Assembly: GCA_964035575.1 (NCBI GenBank)
Contig: OZ037833.1
Span: forward strand, 1,364,001-1,428,000
DNA length: 64,000 bases
Origin: Rhynchopus sp. YZ270_cl-10
Lineage: Eukaryota
Direction of reading: 5' to 3'
The translations under genes were made by a program, and so were the position numbers. The notes under the pieces were generated by a model, which did not search any database, had not been told where the DNA came from, and saw nothing but the letters and a program-made list of their open reading frames with translations. This document shows, piece after piece, positions 47,631 through 59,158 of this stretch (position 1 is the first letter of the stretch; every line of letters begins with the position of its first letter).

Positions 47631-47714
47631 TGTTTTTTGTTCACTGTTCTATTTCTAGTCCGTTGTTAGGTCACAAACAACCTGTTCACATGTTGTCCAC
47701 CATGACTCAGTATT

Positions 47715-47833
47715 GGATTCGGCCATACTCTGGTGAATACACCTCATCCCGCCTGATTTGAGAAGTTAAGCACCAGCAGGCCTGGATAGTACTGGCGTGG
47801 GTGACCAGCTGGGAAGTCCGGGTGCTTGAATCC
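47715..47833 (+). rRNA. 5S rRNA
   Basis: Identical copy. Confidence 0.97.
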
Positions 47834-48539
47834 TTTTTACTATTTTTTACTGAAGCACAAAGTTGTTCTGGATTGCTCACACAGGATCAAAAACGCGAAA
47901 ACGTTGGGAATATGTGTTATTTGGGTGCTCCTGAATGCATTATGAGGTTGGACGATTTGATTGGAGCATCAGAAGTGCCCTGATCGATTTGGCGAAAATG
48001 ACCCAGTAAACTGTCTTTTTTGCCTCTATTCTGCAATAGCAAAAATGGCCAAAAACGCAAAAACGTTGGGAAAATGGGTTATTTGGGCGCTCCTGAATGC
48101 ATTGTGATGTTGTAACCACAAATTGGAGTATCACACATATCCTCAGTGAAACATGGAATTTTCCCATTTTTCACCGGATATTTCGTAACAGCAAAAATGG
48201 TCAAAAACGCGAAAACGTTGGGATAATGGGTTATTCGGCTGCTCCTGAATGCATTATGATGTTGTAAACGCAAATTAGAGCATCAGAAGTGTCCTAATCG
48301 AGGTGGCTAAAATGACCCAGCAAAATGTCATATTCACCGCTATTCTGCAATAGCCAGATCGTCAAAAATGGGAAACTAACGGGAAAATGGGATGTTTGGA
48401 TGCTCCTGAATCCATTATGAAGTCGTAACCGCAAATTGGAGCATCACACATCATGCCCTAATCACTTACTCCCAGTGAAAATTTATTTGGGATGTGTGGA
48501 ATGTACAGGACTTCCCCCTGCACAGCAAAAAGGCAATAA

Positions 48540-48621
48540 CGCGGACGGCAGGATTTGAACCTGCGCGGGCAGAGCCCAATGCATTTCGAGTGCACCTCCG
48601 TAACCACTTGGATACGTCCGC
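48540..48621 (-). tRNA. tRNA-Ser(CGA)
   Basis: Long variable arm; loop CT-CGA-AA. Confidence 0.95.
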
Positions 48622-48700
48622 TACTGTTCCTTTGCAACTTCTGGAGGAGTCACGAAAGACGAGGAGAACTGAACAAGATTCATCGAACAAAAAAAGGCTT

Positions 48701-48773
48701 TGCTCCCGGCGGGGTTTGAACCCGCGATCCCAGGCTCATAAGACCTGTGCCTTAACCACTAGGCCACGAGAGC
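48701..48773 (-). tRNA. tRNA-Ile(TAT), intronless
   Basis: Loop CT-TAT-GA. Confidence 0.95.
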
Positions 48774-48799
48774 GTCGAGCCCTTTTATCCCTTGATAAG

Positions 48800-48870
48800 G
48801 CGACCGTGGTCTAGTGGCATGATGGACCCCTCCCAAGGGTTCGACCCGGGTTCGATTCCCGGCGGTCGCA
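48800..48870 (+). tRNA. tRNA-Gly(CCC)
   Basis: Loop CT-CCC-AA. Confidence 0.95.
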
Positions 48871-48920
48871 TAGCCTTTTTTAAGCCGGGCATGTAGAAAA
48901 CATTGTTGGAAGTAATTAGA

Positions 48921-48993
48921 AGCAGAGTGGCGCAGTGGTCAGCGCGGTGGGCTCATAACCCACAGGTCATAGGATCGAAACCTATCTCTGCTA
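48921..48993 (+). tRNA. Initiator tRNA-Met(CAT)
   Basis: A1:U72, GGG/CCC anticodon stem, ATCGAAA T-loop, U33. Confidence 0.96.
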
Positions 48994-49094
48994 GATAACC
49001 TTTTTCGATGAACCCATTTTTTTGACCTGAAAAAAATTTTTTGCACACCAAAAAAAAGTTGGTCAGACCCTTGCCAACATCTCACTAAGTTTGG

Positions 49095-49167
49095 GCAGCT
49101 ATCGTCTAGTGGTTAGGACGTCCGCCTTACACGCGGAAGATCGCTGGTTCAATCCCAGCTAGTTGTA
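49095..49167 (+). tRNA. tRNA-Val(TAC)
   Basis: Loop CT-TAC-AC. Confidence 0.95.
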
Positions 49168-49259
49168 CTTTTCATTTTTGAATTTCCTTCACAATTTTTT
49201 ACAGGTGGTGTTGACTGTGATGGGACACTTCCTTAAAGCGAGAAAAGAATATGAAACAA

Positions 49260-49332
49260 GCCCCATTGGCGCAATGGATAGCGCGTTGGACTTCTAATCC
49301 AAAGGTTGTGGGTTCGAGTCCCACATGGGGTA
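49260..49332 (+). tRNA. tRNA-Arg(TCT)
   Basis: Loop CT-TCT-AA. Confidence 0.95.
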
Positions 49333-49420
49333 ATTCTTTTCTTTGTTTTTTATTTTTCAGATTCGGTGCGATTGAAGACTTTCTCTGGACGCATTCTTTT
49401 TAAAAACAGGCTTCATTGTA

Positions 49421-49492
49421 TCCTCGGTAGTATAGAGGTCAGTATTTCCGCCTGTCACGCGGAAGACCCGGGTTCAATTCCCGGCCGGGGAA
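49421..49492 (+). tRNA. tRNA-Asp(GTC), A73
   Basis: Loop CT-GTC-AC. Confidence 0.95.
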
Positions 49493-49595
49493 CTCTTTTT
49501 ATGTGTTGTGTTTTCTTCTGTTTCTCTCTTTTTCTCCGTTTTGGTTGTCCTTTCTCATCGTTCTCATTTCATTTCTAATATAAATCTGTTGGCAA

Positions 49596-49677
49596 GGCAG
49601 GATGGCCGAGAGGTCTAAGGCGGAGGACTCAAGTTCCTTTCTCTTCGGAGGCGTGGGTTCAAACCCCACTCCTGTCA
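49596..49677 (+). tRNA. tRNA-Leu(CAA)
   Basis: Loop CT-CAA-GT. Confidence 0.95.
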
Positions 49678-49786
49678 CACTTTTTTCCTTCTGTTGTCCA
49701 GAATCAATTTTTCAAGGAATCAGTTTTTTCACAATTTGTTTTTTCTGTCCACATTTTTTTGTGACACAAAATCTCGAAAAAAAGAG

Positions 49787-49858
49787 GGGCTCAGCAGGGA
49801 ATCGAACCCTGGACCTCTCGCACCCAAAGCGAGAATCATGCCACTAGACCACTAAGCC
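49787..49858 (-). tRNA. tRNA-Pro(TGG)
   Basis: Loop TT-TGG-GT. Confidence 0.95.
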
Positions 49859-49979
49859 TTCGTTTTGTACCCATATTCCCATTTTCTTCTGTCCAAAATT
49901 TTTTTTATTTTGACACAGTTTTGGATTTTGGGCGGTGAATGCACACACCATCTCGTTTCTATGAACCATATAAATGTCA

Positions 49980-50053
49980 GCACCTATGGTCTAGTTGGTT
50001 ATGACGCCTCGTTAACACCGAGGAGGTCTCCGGTTCAAACCCGGATAGGTGTA
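49980..50053 (+). tRNA. tRNA-Val(AAC)
   Basis: Loop TT-AAC-AC. Confidence 0.95.
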
Positions 50054-50682
50054 CACTTCTTTTTGTGTGTTTGTTTTTTGGCCTTGTATTGCCCATTTTT
50101 TTTGGGGGTGAGAGCACATCCGCAAACACGTGTCATAATGCTAACGTTTGCGGCTGTGCTACTCTGCCAATTTTTTTGGATTTGGTGAAAAATGGTACCA
50201 AAATCAAATCCTGGAGCGATCAGTTTTTTGTTGCCGGAAGCACATGCGGAAATGGGTGGGAATTCCTTAACATTTCCACATGTGCTTCCTTTTCAGTCCT
50301 TTCCATCTCGAACGAACTTTGATCAGTGGGAACATGAAACAGACTGACTTATGTGTTATGACATAGCATCTCAGCTCAACCTGATTGCAGGCCAAAAAAT
50401 AATTTTCGGCCAAAATTTTTTTTAAGTTTTTGTTGCCAGAAGCCATATGCTGAAACTTGCACAACACACAGTGAGCTGTGCGCCCACAACGGAGGGCCTG
50501 TTCTGTGCGCCCACAATGGGGGGGTGTTCTGTGCGCCCATATCGGGGTCTGCGCTGTGCGCCCGACGTACCAAAAAATTTTCGTCCAAAAAATTGGGATG
50601 TAGTAGCACAGCGCACTTTTCCAATGTAGTAGCACAGCGCACATTGAAAATTGTTATTAGAGTTGAGGGGAAAAAAGAGAAG

Positions 50683-50699
50683 TGCCTCCACCTGGGATT

Positions 50700-50748
<49 letters not shown>

Positions 50749-50755
50749 AAGAGGC
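50683..50755 (-). tRNA. tRNA-Phe(GAA)
   Basis: Loop CT-GAA-GA. Confidence 0.95.
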
Positions 50756-50833
50756 CTTGTTTTAGGGTATGTATATTTTTTACACGGCCAACATTTTTTG
50801 AACAGGCCAAAGCCAAAGTAGTAGAAAAAGTAT

Positions 50834-50906
50834 TGGTCGTGACAGGGCTCGAACCTGGGACCGTTGGCTTATTAGACCAATGCTCTACCGACTGAGCTAC
50901 ACGACC
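50834..50906 (-). tRNA. tRNA-Ile(AAT)
   Basis: Loop CT-AAT-AA. Confidence 0.95.
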
Positions 50907-51714
50907 GACAATAATGACGAAAGGAATCGCCAACCTGGGGTACGCACTATTTTTTTCTATTGTGCACAAAACTGTACATTTTTGCATGACATCATCTTAC
51001 CGATGTTCCACAATAGCAAAATGGTCAAAAATGCGAAAACCTTGCGAAAATGGGTTATTTGGGTGCTCTTGAATCCATTATGAGGTTGAACGATGTGATT
51101 AGAGCATCAGAAGTACCCTGATCGAGTTGATGAAAATGACCCAGTAAACTGCCTATTGTACTGCCATTCCACAATGGCAAAAATGGTCAAAAAGGCGAAA
51201 ACGTTGGGAAAATGGGTTTTTTGAGCTCTCCTGAATGCATTATGAGGTCAGAATCGCAAATTGGAGCACCAGAAGTGCCCTGATCGAGTTGGCGAAAATG
51301 ACCCAGTAAAATGACTTTTGTGCCACCATTCCACGAATGGCAAAATGTTCAAAAATGTGAAAATATTGGGAAAACGGGTTATTCGGCTGCTCATGAAGCC
51401 ATTATGAGGTCAGAATCGCCAATTGGAGCATCAGAAGTGTCCTGATAGAGTTGGTTAAAATGACCCACTAAAATGCCCATTGTACCACTATTGCGCAAGA
51501 GCAAAATGCTCAAAAATGTGAAAACGTTGGGAAAATGGGTTATTCGGATGTTCCTGAACGCATTATGAGGTCAGACTCGCCAATCGGACCATCACACACA
51601 TCCTCATCGCTAAAAGACCCTCAAAATCACAGGTACGACGCAATGGTGTCAGTTCATATTTTTGTGTGTTGACTGTCCCAACCAAAAAATAATCAACAAA
51701 ATATGGCAAAAAAA

Positions 51715-51786
51715 TGGACATTGAGGGGTTCGAACCCTCGGCCTCCCGTATGCAGAACGGGCGCTCTACCACTGAGCTAAACGCCC
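51715..51786 (-). tRNA. tRNA-Ala(TGC), C33
   Basis: G3:U70; loop TC-TGC-AT. Confidence 0.93.
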
Positions 51787-51899
51787 CTGATAAATGTCCC
51801 TCAAGGAGAGGTACTTGGGGCACTTTCTGTTCGTCTTTTTGTCAATTTTTTTCAAGAACGCAACAAGCCTTGAAATTGACTCTTTCCTTTAAAACGAAT

Positions 51900-51971
51900 G
51901 CCCGCCTAGCTCAGCGGTAGAGCGTTGGACTTTTAATCCAATGGTCGTGGGTTCGATCCCCACGGCGGGTG
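51900..51971 (+). tRNA. tRNA-Lys(TTT)
   Basis: Loop CT-TTT-AA. Confidence 0.95.
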
Positions 51972-52048
51972 CCTACTTTTTTGGATCAATTGGATTCTCT
52001 TTTTTGTGCTCATTTTCAGGATCTGGGGCGTTGTGCTTCCTCAACTAT

Positions 52049-52130
52049 GCTGACGTATCCAAGTGGTTACGGAGGTGGACTTGAAATCCACTGGGCTCTG
52101 CCCGCGCAGGTTCGAACCCTGCCGTCAGCG
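52049..52130 (+). tRNA. tRNA-Ser(TGA)
   Basis: Loop CT-TGA-AA. Confidence 0.95.
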
Positions 52131-52244
52131 TTCTTTACCTTTTCGTTTGATTTCTGTGATCTATGTTTTGTCATCAAATGCAGAGATTGAAGATGTGTGT
52201 GACAAAGCTCCAAAAAATATTGAAAACACTTGGAAAAAGAAAAG

Positions 52245-52316
52245 TTCTCCCACGCGGGTTTGAACCGCGGCTACTGGATTCAAAGTCCAGGGTGCTAACC
52301 ACTACACCATAGGAGA
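52245..52316 (-). tRNA. tRNA-Gln(TTG)
   Basis: Loop CT-TTG-AA. Confidence 0.95.
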
Positions 52317-52418
52317 GATAATCCGGATCCTTTTGTTCACACAACAACGATGGAAAATTTGGTGGTTGCAGGTACACACAAGTACCCCACAATGATTCTT
52401 TGATTTAAGTTAATATGA

Positions 52419-52491
52419 GCCTCCCTAGCTCAGTCGGTAGAGCGCAAGGCCCTTAACCTTGTGGTCGCGGGTTCGAGCCCCGCGGGAGGTG
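52419..52491 (+). tRNA. tRNA-Lys(CTT), C33
   Basis: Loop CC-CTT-AA. Confidence 0.93.
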
Positions 52492-52717
52492 CTTTTTGTA
52501 TTGATACCTGAATTTTTCTGAATTTTTTTTATTTGTTGGAAAACATGGTGTGTTGGTCGTTGTGCAATGAGCCCGCCATCGTGCGAAATCGTGCCCAAAA
52601 AAAATTTTTGGTGGTCACAATTGCGATGATTTTTGGTGATCCCACCCAGACCAAATCGCACTAACTAAGTTGTTAAGCAAAGTACAAGCTTCGTCCTAAG
52701 TACTGACAGGTAATTAA

Positions 52718-52799
52718 GCGGACGTACCCAAGTGGTTACGGGGCTCGCCTGCTAAGCGAGTGTGCTCTGCATGCGCAAGTTCGAACCTTGCCGTTCGCG
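52718..52799 (+). tRNA. tRNA-Ser(GCT)
   Basis: Loop CT-GCT-AA. Confidence 0.95.
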
Positions 52800-53052
52800 T
52801 TTTTTATACACTGCATTGATACCTTTTTTCATTCTTTTCTGAACTTTTTCAAACTCAAAAAAAAACCTGAAAAAATCTGTTTTATCTTCAGGTCAAGAAT
52901 CTCCAAGTTAGGACAACATTCAAGATGTTTGGTTTTTTTGGTGAGACAACCTTGGAAATCCTGAACAATAGTTTCAACATCAAGATGACACACAACTTGG
53001 GTTTTTAGCTCAAAATCAAAAATAGAGTCAAAAACTCAAAAAAATGAAAAAT

Positions 53053-53125
53053 CTCCTCCTGTTGGGTTCGAACCAACGACCTGCAGGTTAACAGCCTGAC
53101 GCGCTACCGACTGCGCCAAGGAGGA
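53053..53125 (-). tRNA. tRNA-Asn(GTT)
   Basis: Inverted copy of 23761. Confidence 0.95.
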
Positions 53126-53239
53126 TCTGATTGTTAGCGAAGACAGCATTTACATGGGGACCTTATTCAAAACGAAAACACACACAAGGAATGATGGAAA
53201 CTTATGGCCTTGGTACGAAGAGAATGCGAGAGAATTCGT

Positions 53240-53311
53240 GGCTCGGTGGTCTAGTGGCATGATTCTCGCTTAGGGTGCGAGAGGTCCGGGGTTCAATTCC
53301 CCGCCGAGCCC
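53240..53311 (+). tRNA. tRNA-Pro(AGG)
   Basis: Inverted copy of 23575. Confidence 0.95.
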
Positions 53312-53408
53312 TTGTCTTTTTGGATTTTCATTTTTATTTATTTTTTCGTTTGAAATTCCGTGTTCCTTGCACAAAAGTACCCTTTTTGGATTGTGCCTAA
53401 GTATCACC

Positions 53409-53480
53409 TCCCCTTTAGTACAGTGGTTAGTATACCTGGCTTTCACCCAGGCGACCCGGGTTCAAACCCCGGAGGGGGAA
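53409..53480 (+). tRNA. tRNA-Glu(TTC)
   Basis: Inverted copy of 23406. Confidence 0.95.
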
Positions 53481-53617
53481 TCCTTTTTGATTGCTTTCAA
53501 ATTTCGGAGCTGTTTTTTGATATTTTCATATTTCTGAATTTTCAATTTGGCAAAGTTTTGTGACAAGAAATCTCTGAGAAGGAGGAAATCTAAAAATATT
53601 TTGGAATGAACAAAAAG

Positions 53618-53689
53618 TACTCGCGGCGGGGATCGAACCCGCAACCTCCGGCGTCGGGAACCGACGCGCTTCCATTGCGCCACGCGAGC
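53618..53689 (-). tRNA. tRNA-Arg(CCG), C33
   Basis: Inverted copy of 23197. Confidence 0.8.
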
Positions 53690-54844
53690 TTATCTTGTTT
53701 CCCAAGATCTCAGATTATGGAGAAGGTTTGGCAGTGTCTAAAAAAGTTCAAAAATTGATAAAACAGCCAGTGTCCCTTGGTGCATGACTGGTTGTACTGT
53801 GGTGGACCCGTGCACTTTCCATACAGTCCTATGCCAGAAAACCCACACACAATGGGTTTGTGGGTTTTCTACATCCACTGTACCTGTGCATAAGATAACC
53901 CATCGTGAAACTCCCTTGTGCACCCGACATACCACCCCTGGCCATATTGGTCAGGCATATTAGTAAGGGTACCTGGTCAGATCTGACCAGGCACCTGGTC
54001 ACAGTGACTGGGCACAGTAGGAACCACAGCTGAAATGGGTGGGGGCTTAAAGCCGTGTTCCAGCATGTGGTTCCTCTTTAGGTCCCAGCATGTAGTACAC
54101 CCGACATACCACAGCCCAGGCCATATTGGTAAGGCATATTAGTAGGGGCACCTGGTCACAGTGACTAGGTAGGTGCACAGAGTGGTTCCTAATCGGGCGC
54201 ACAGGGGGATATTCCTAATCGGGCGCACAGGGGGGTAAAGCTAACCGGGCGCACAGGGGGATTCCTAATCGGGCGCACAGGGGGTCGGCCCGCAAACCTG
54301 ATGATCATATTACCTCTGACCAGCGCACCGGCCATACTGACTTACATGTTTATTTACTGGGAATTTTGTGAAGAAATAAACATGTAAGTCAGGTTGGGTT
54401 TATGAACCTGTTGTAGTCCTAACCTGACTTACATGGTTATGAAAAACCTGACTTACATGGTTATTAACCCAGGGAATTTTGTGAACAAATAAACATGTAA
54501 GTCAGGTTTTTCATAAACACGTAAGTCAAGCCAAAAACATGTGGCCATACTGACTTACATGTTTATGAACTGGGATTTTTGTGAATAAATACACATGTAA
54601 GTCAGCATGGGTTTATAAACATGATCATCAAATTTTTTTTCGATTGTGACGGAAGTTGTGACTGAACTGACTTACCATGTCGAGCAAAAACCCGCATCAG
54701 ACAAAAAAAAAATTTCTCCACTAAGAATCCTTACGCAAGAAAGAGTACACATCATTTCCACTTTTTCGTTTTGAACGAGTTTGTGACCGACCTGAAACCG
54801 TCCGAAACCATATTGTTTTGCTTTTTCCAATCGCAAAAAGAGAG

Positions 54845-54915
54845 TGCGTAATCCGGGAATCGAACCCGGGCCGACCCCGTGGCGGGGGGCCATTCTACCA
54901 CTAGACCAATTACGC
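54845..54915 (-). tRNA. tRNA-Gly(GCC), C33
   Basis: GCCCC-CC-GCC-AC-GGGGT. Confidence 0.92.
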
Positions 54916-55031
54916 TACGATATTAGTCGAAATTGTGCTCGAGTTGCCGCTCGTTGCATGGTTGAAAAATATTTCACAATATCCCTCGAAATAAAACCCT
55001 TTCTGAGATCCCAATAAGTGGGAATATTCAA

Positions 55032-55103
55032 GCGGTTATGGTTTAGTGGTTAGAACACCCGTTTGTGGCACGGGAGACCCGAGTTCAATTCTCGGTAACC
55101 GCT
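55032..55103 (+). tRNA. tRNA-His(GTG), U73
   Basis: Loop TT-GTG-GC. Confidence 0.95.
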
Positions 55104-55191
55104 TTTTTAGCTGTACAATCAACCGTCTAAATTTTTTTTCAACTCCAAAAATATGCAGGCCACATAAAAAATACTATTGCCTAAAGACATG

Positions 55192-55263
55192 GACCGTGTG
55201 GCTCAATGGAAGAGCGCCTGACCACGGATCAGGCGGTTGCAGGTTCGAGTCCTGCCACGGTTG
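55192..55263 (+). tRNA. tRNA-Arg(ACG), C33
   Basis: Loop CC-ACG-GA. Confidence 0.93.
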
Positions 55264-55352
55264 CTTCTTTTTTTAGGCAATTTGAAGAATTTGAAATTAT
55301 TTTCATTTTGAAATCGCCCCTCACAAAGAAAACACTTTGCATGAAAGTAACA

Positions 55353-55424
55353 GCACTTATGGTATAACGGTTAGTATTCTCGCCTTCCAAGCGAGCGGCC
55401 CGGGTTCGACTCCCGGTAAGTGCA
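55353..55424 (+). tRNA. tRNA-Gly(TCC)
   Basis: Loop CT-TCC-AA. Confidence 0.95.
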
Positions 55425-55712
55425 GTTCTTTTTTTAAAGGGGGAAGCAAAATTTTCATGTTCAGAAAATTTTTTCTGAAATGTCAGCTTTTCAAAGAATT
55501 TCCAGTTTTCAAGTTTTTCCTTCAAAAATTTTTCAAGGTTCTTATGGGTGGGTTGACTACCAAAAAATCCAAAATCCCGGGGTGACCCCTTCCCACTGGA
55601 CCCAATGTTTTTATCTGTTGTGACTGTAACTTGTCACTGTAATTCATTTGACACCAACCTCTCACTTTTTTGTGTTTTCAAAAAAGTTCAAAAAAACAAT
55701 GTTCAAAAAGTT

Positions 55713-55785
55713 AACCCCGTGCGGGACTCGAACCCGCAACCTTTGGATTCGAAGTCCAACGCGCTATCCATTGCGCCAACGGGGC
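55713..55785 (-). tRNA. tRNA-Arg(TCG)
   Basis: Loop CT-TCG-AA. Confidence 0.95.
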
Positions 55786-55847
55786 CTGATTTGATTTTCA
55801 TCAGAAAAGAAACGAAACAATGAGTGGGAGCCCTGTACAAAAAAGAA

Positions 55848-55919
55848 TTCCCCGGCCGGGAATTGAACCCGGGTCTTCCGCGTGACAGGCGGAAATACTG
55901 ACCTCTATACTACCGAGGA
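55848..55919 (-). tRNA. tRNA-Asp(GTC), A73
   Basis: Same as 49421. Confidence 0.95.
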
Positions 55920-56018
55920 TACAATCTTCACTCTGATTTATTTTCGCGGATTAAAATGGTCTAAAATGAGCACAGAAATGACGAAAATGCATGAAAATTT
56001 GTGAACAAAAAAATGAAT

Positions 56019-56100
56019 CGCAGTCGGCAGGACTTGAACCTGCGCGGGCAGAGCCCAATGGATTTCTAGTCCACCTCCGTAACCACTTGGATACGACTGC
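56019..56100 (-). tRNA. tRNA-Ser(AGA)
   Basis: Loop CT-AGA-AA. Confidence 0.95.
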
Positions 56101-56178
56101 TGTAATTCTCACCGTTCTTTGTTTTTAGGCAGTCATCTGTTTGCAGAAAATAATCTGGAACACGAAAACGAAAAAAAA

Positions 56179-56262
56179 TCCTCTCGGCCGGAATCGAACC
56201 AGCGACCGCTCGATAACCGAGTATTCTACAGTCGAGCGCTCTACCAATTGAGCTACGAGAGG
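56179..56262 (-). tRNA. tRNA-Tyr(GTA) with an 11-nt intron
   Basis: C1:G72; CT-GTA-G then intron AATACTCGGTT. Confidence 0.93.
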
Positions 56263-56386
56263 TTCTACAACTGTCATTGTTTTCACAGAAGCCCATAAAA
56301 TTTTTTGGCTCAAAAAAATTTTTTTGCCACACAAACCTGTAGAAATTTGCACCCCATGTATTTCTTAATGATACGATAATATCAAG

Positions 56387-56459
56387 GCGAGGTTGGCGCA
56401 GTCGGGAGCGCGTAGGTCCCATAATCCTAAGGTCGTCAGTTCGATCCTGGCACCTCGCA
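56387..56459 (+). tRNA. tRNA-Met(CAT) elongator, C33
   Basis: Inverted copy of 37785. Confidence 0.93.
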
Positions 56460-56544
56460 CTTTTTTGTGTGTCTTTTTCCTTTGTGTGGGATTTTCAGCA
56501 AAATTTCCACCTTCATGCTAAACGCATTGAAGCCCTAAATCATG

Positions 56545-56615
56545 GGCCCTATGGTGTAGCGGTAGCACTATGGATTCCAAATCCATCAACGGCGGTTCGA
56601 TTCCGTCTAGGGTCA
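56545..56615 (+). tRNA. tRNA-Trp(CCA)
   Basis: Inverted copy of 37629. Confidence 0.88.
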
Positions 56616-56697
56616 TTTCTTTTTTTACACACTTTCCTTTCTGTGTTGTCTTGAAAAACTTCTTCGCAGGAGAAACAGCAAAAGCATCTTAATCAGC

Positions 56698-56769
56698 GGC
56701 GATTTAGCTCAGTGGCAGAGCATTGGTCTTGTAAACCAAGGGTCGGGGGTTCGATCCCCCCAGTTGCCT
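56698..56769 (+). tRNA. tRNA-Thr(TGT)
   Basis: Inverted copy of 37475. Confidence 0.95.
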
Positions 56770-57584
56770 TTCTATTTTTTGGTGATGTGATGTGATGTGG
56801 TTGTGCTGAAGAAGCAGCAACTGAGCACTGGATGTGACAGGCAGGAACGCAGAAGGGAGATGGCCTGGCCGTACTCCAGTACAGGCCCGAGCGAGTGCTC
56901 ACAGAATGGGCTCCAAAAACCAGCACAGAATGGAATGGCTGGAGACTTATAGGCTTACTGTAAGGATTTGTTAGGAGTGGAAAAAAAAACTCCTGACCCG
57001 GGTATTGAATTTTCAGATCATTTTCTCAGTCACAATGCAAGCACAGAATGGAAACGAAAAACCAGCACAGAATGGAATGGCTGGAGTCTTATAGCCGTGT
57101 TCCATTCTGTGCTTGGTTTTGGTTTCCATTCTGTGCTTGCATTGTGACTGAGAAAATGATCCGAAAATTCAATAGCCAGGTCAGGAGTTTTTCCATCTGA
57201 ATTATGGATTGCTAAGGATTTCCCAGCCATTCCATTCTGTGCTGGATTCCACCATTCTGTACTGGTGAGTCGCCAAGAAGCGGCAGCTGAGCACACTGGA
57301 CATGCCCAGAAAGGAGATAAGTTGTGGGGCTGAAACGTGCTATCCCCAGCAAAAGGGTCTGGCACTTTTCGCGAGTGGAAGCAGTTCACACCTGGTTGAA
57401 CGCAAAACCTACACCGGTCGGTGGGAGTCCTGTGTTGGTTCGGAAAACACATATTTTCACCCAAATTCCACTCTCAACTTGCCAACGAAACAGAACTGAG
57501 ATCAAGTGGAGGAAATATTTTTTGGTTTTCATTTGCCTCAAAATCTCAGAAACCTGCAAAATCGTAAACATTCAAAAAGAAAAG

Positions 57585-57657
57585 CACCTCCCGCGGGGCT
57601 CGAACCCGCGACCACAAGGTTAAGGGCCTTGCGCTCTACCGACTGAGCTAGGGAGGC
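57585..57657 (-). tRNA. tRNA-Lys(CTT), C33
   Basis: Inverted copy of 36605. Confidence 0.93.
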
Positions 57658-57765
57658 TCACATTCATTTAAACCAAAGAATCATTGTGGGGGGTGGTCAT
57701 GCAGAAAAGTCTCTTGTCCTAAATTTGACCACCCCAGAGAAAAGGAAAGAAGGTAAAACTATTAG

Positions 57766-57838
57766 GCCCGTGTAGCCCAATGGATAAGGCGTTCGCTTCC
57801 TAAGCGAAAGATTGTGGGTTCGATCCCCACCATGGGTA
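57766..57838 (+). tRNA. tRNA-Arg(CCT)
   Basis: Inverted copy of 36426. Confidence 0.95.
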
Positions 57839-58052
57839 TTCTCTTTTTCACTGGGAAGTGAAAATATGGAAAATGATTTTTCAAGATTCTCTCACCATCT
57901 TGGGATTTTGGTGACAACAAAGATATGGCAAAATACTTTCACAAAAATGCACTTTTCCAAACTTCCTCATCTTGGGATTTTGGTGGTCGAAAAGATGTGG
58001 AAATAATTTTTCTAAACAATTCCCAAGCAAGAAACTACCTAAATAAAAAGAG

Positions 58053-58124
58053 GGGCTCAGCAGGGAATCGAACCCTGGACCTCTCGCACCCGAAGCGAGA
58101 ATCATGCCACTAGACCACTAAGCC
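58053..58124 (-). tRNA. tRNA-Pro(CGG)
   Basis: Inverted copy of 36140. Confidence 0.95.
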
Positions 58125-58218
58125 ACTGATTATTTTCTTCATCCAGATTTACATGATGGCGTTAATATTCAAAAGTCAGAAATTCTTCTCTCCAAAACTT
58201 GGTCTAAAAAAAGGTATT

Positions 58219-58290
58219 TTCCGCTGCGGGGAATTGAACCCCGGTCTGCCGGGTGAGAGCCGGCTGTTCTAACCACTATACTACAGCGGA
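58219..58290 (-). tRNA. tRNA-Glu(CTC)
   Basis: Inverted copy of 35974. Confidence 0.95.
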
Positions 58291-58380
58291 TCTGATAGTA
58301 GGCAAAACTATTATCTGCATGGGGACATCTTTTCGATCGTTGCATTGAACGAAAATGTGAAGGAAAGTTCAAAAAGAAAT

Positions 58381-58453
58381 TACAGCTAGTCGGGATTGAA
58401 CCGACGATCTCTCGCGTGTGAGGCGAGCGTCCTAACCACTAGACGATAGCTGC
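58381..58453 (-). tRNA. tRNA-Val(CAC)
   Basis: Inverted copy of 35811. Confidence 0.95.
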
Positions 58454-58517
58454 TACAATAATGACCGGAACTGTTTTCCACAAGAGGTGGGTTTTCTGCG
58501 GAAAAATGGTAATAACG

Positions 58518-58599
58518 TGACGAGAGTGGGGTTTGAACCCACGCCTCCGAAGAGACCAGGGCCTAAACCTGGCGCCTTAGACCGCTCGGCCATCTCGCC
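58518..58599 (-). tRNA. tRNA-Leu(TAG)
   Basis: Inverted copy of 35665. Confidence 0.95.
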
Positions 58600-58658
58600 T
58601 TCCCAGTTTTTTCTGACTTTTGCAAAGAACAGAAAATGGTTTGAGAAGGGAAAAAAGT

Positions 58659-58731
58659 CTCCTCCTGTTGGGTTCGAACCAACGACCTGCAGGTTAACAG
58701 CCTGACGCGCTACCGACTGCGCCAAGGAGGA
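58659..58731 (-). tRNA. tRNA-Asn(GTT)
   Basis: Inverted copy of 35533. Confidence 0.95.
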
Positions 58732-58820
58732 CCTGACAAGTGTGCTTTTTGTGTTTTGCACAATCTTGAAAACAAAACAAAAGGGATAGATTGAAAATGA
58801 AAATGAAAAAGAATAACAAG

Positions 58821-58902
58821 TGACGAGAGTGGGGTTTGAACCCACGCCCCCGAAGGGACCAGGGCCTTAACCTGGCGCCTTAGACCACTCGGCCATCTCG
58901 CC
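58821..58902 (-). tRNA. tRNA-Leu(AAG)
   Basis: Inverted copy of 35362. Confidence 0.95.
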
Positions 58903-58995
58903 TTCAATAAAAGCCAACAAGAATATGGAAGTGGGAATGCGTTTCAACCAGTCACAGAGGAGAATAACAAGGGACGAAACGGAGAAAAAGGAAAG

Positions 58996-59067
58996 TTCTC
59001 CTACGCGGATTCGAACCGCGGTCGCGAGATTCAGAGTCTCGAGTGCTAACCACTACACCATAGGAGA
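58996..59067 (-). tRNA. tRNA-Gln(CTG)
   Basis: Inverted copy of 35197. Confidence 0.95.
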
Positions 59068-59158
59068 TACAATTCTGTCGCTTCCTTCTTTTTCTTTGGT
59101 ACCAAAAAGAATTGAGATCTGGAAATATCACAACAGTGTTTCCAAGCCAAAAAATGTT

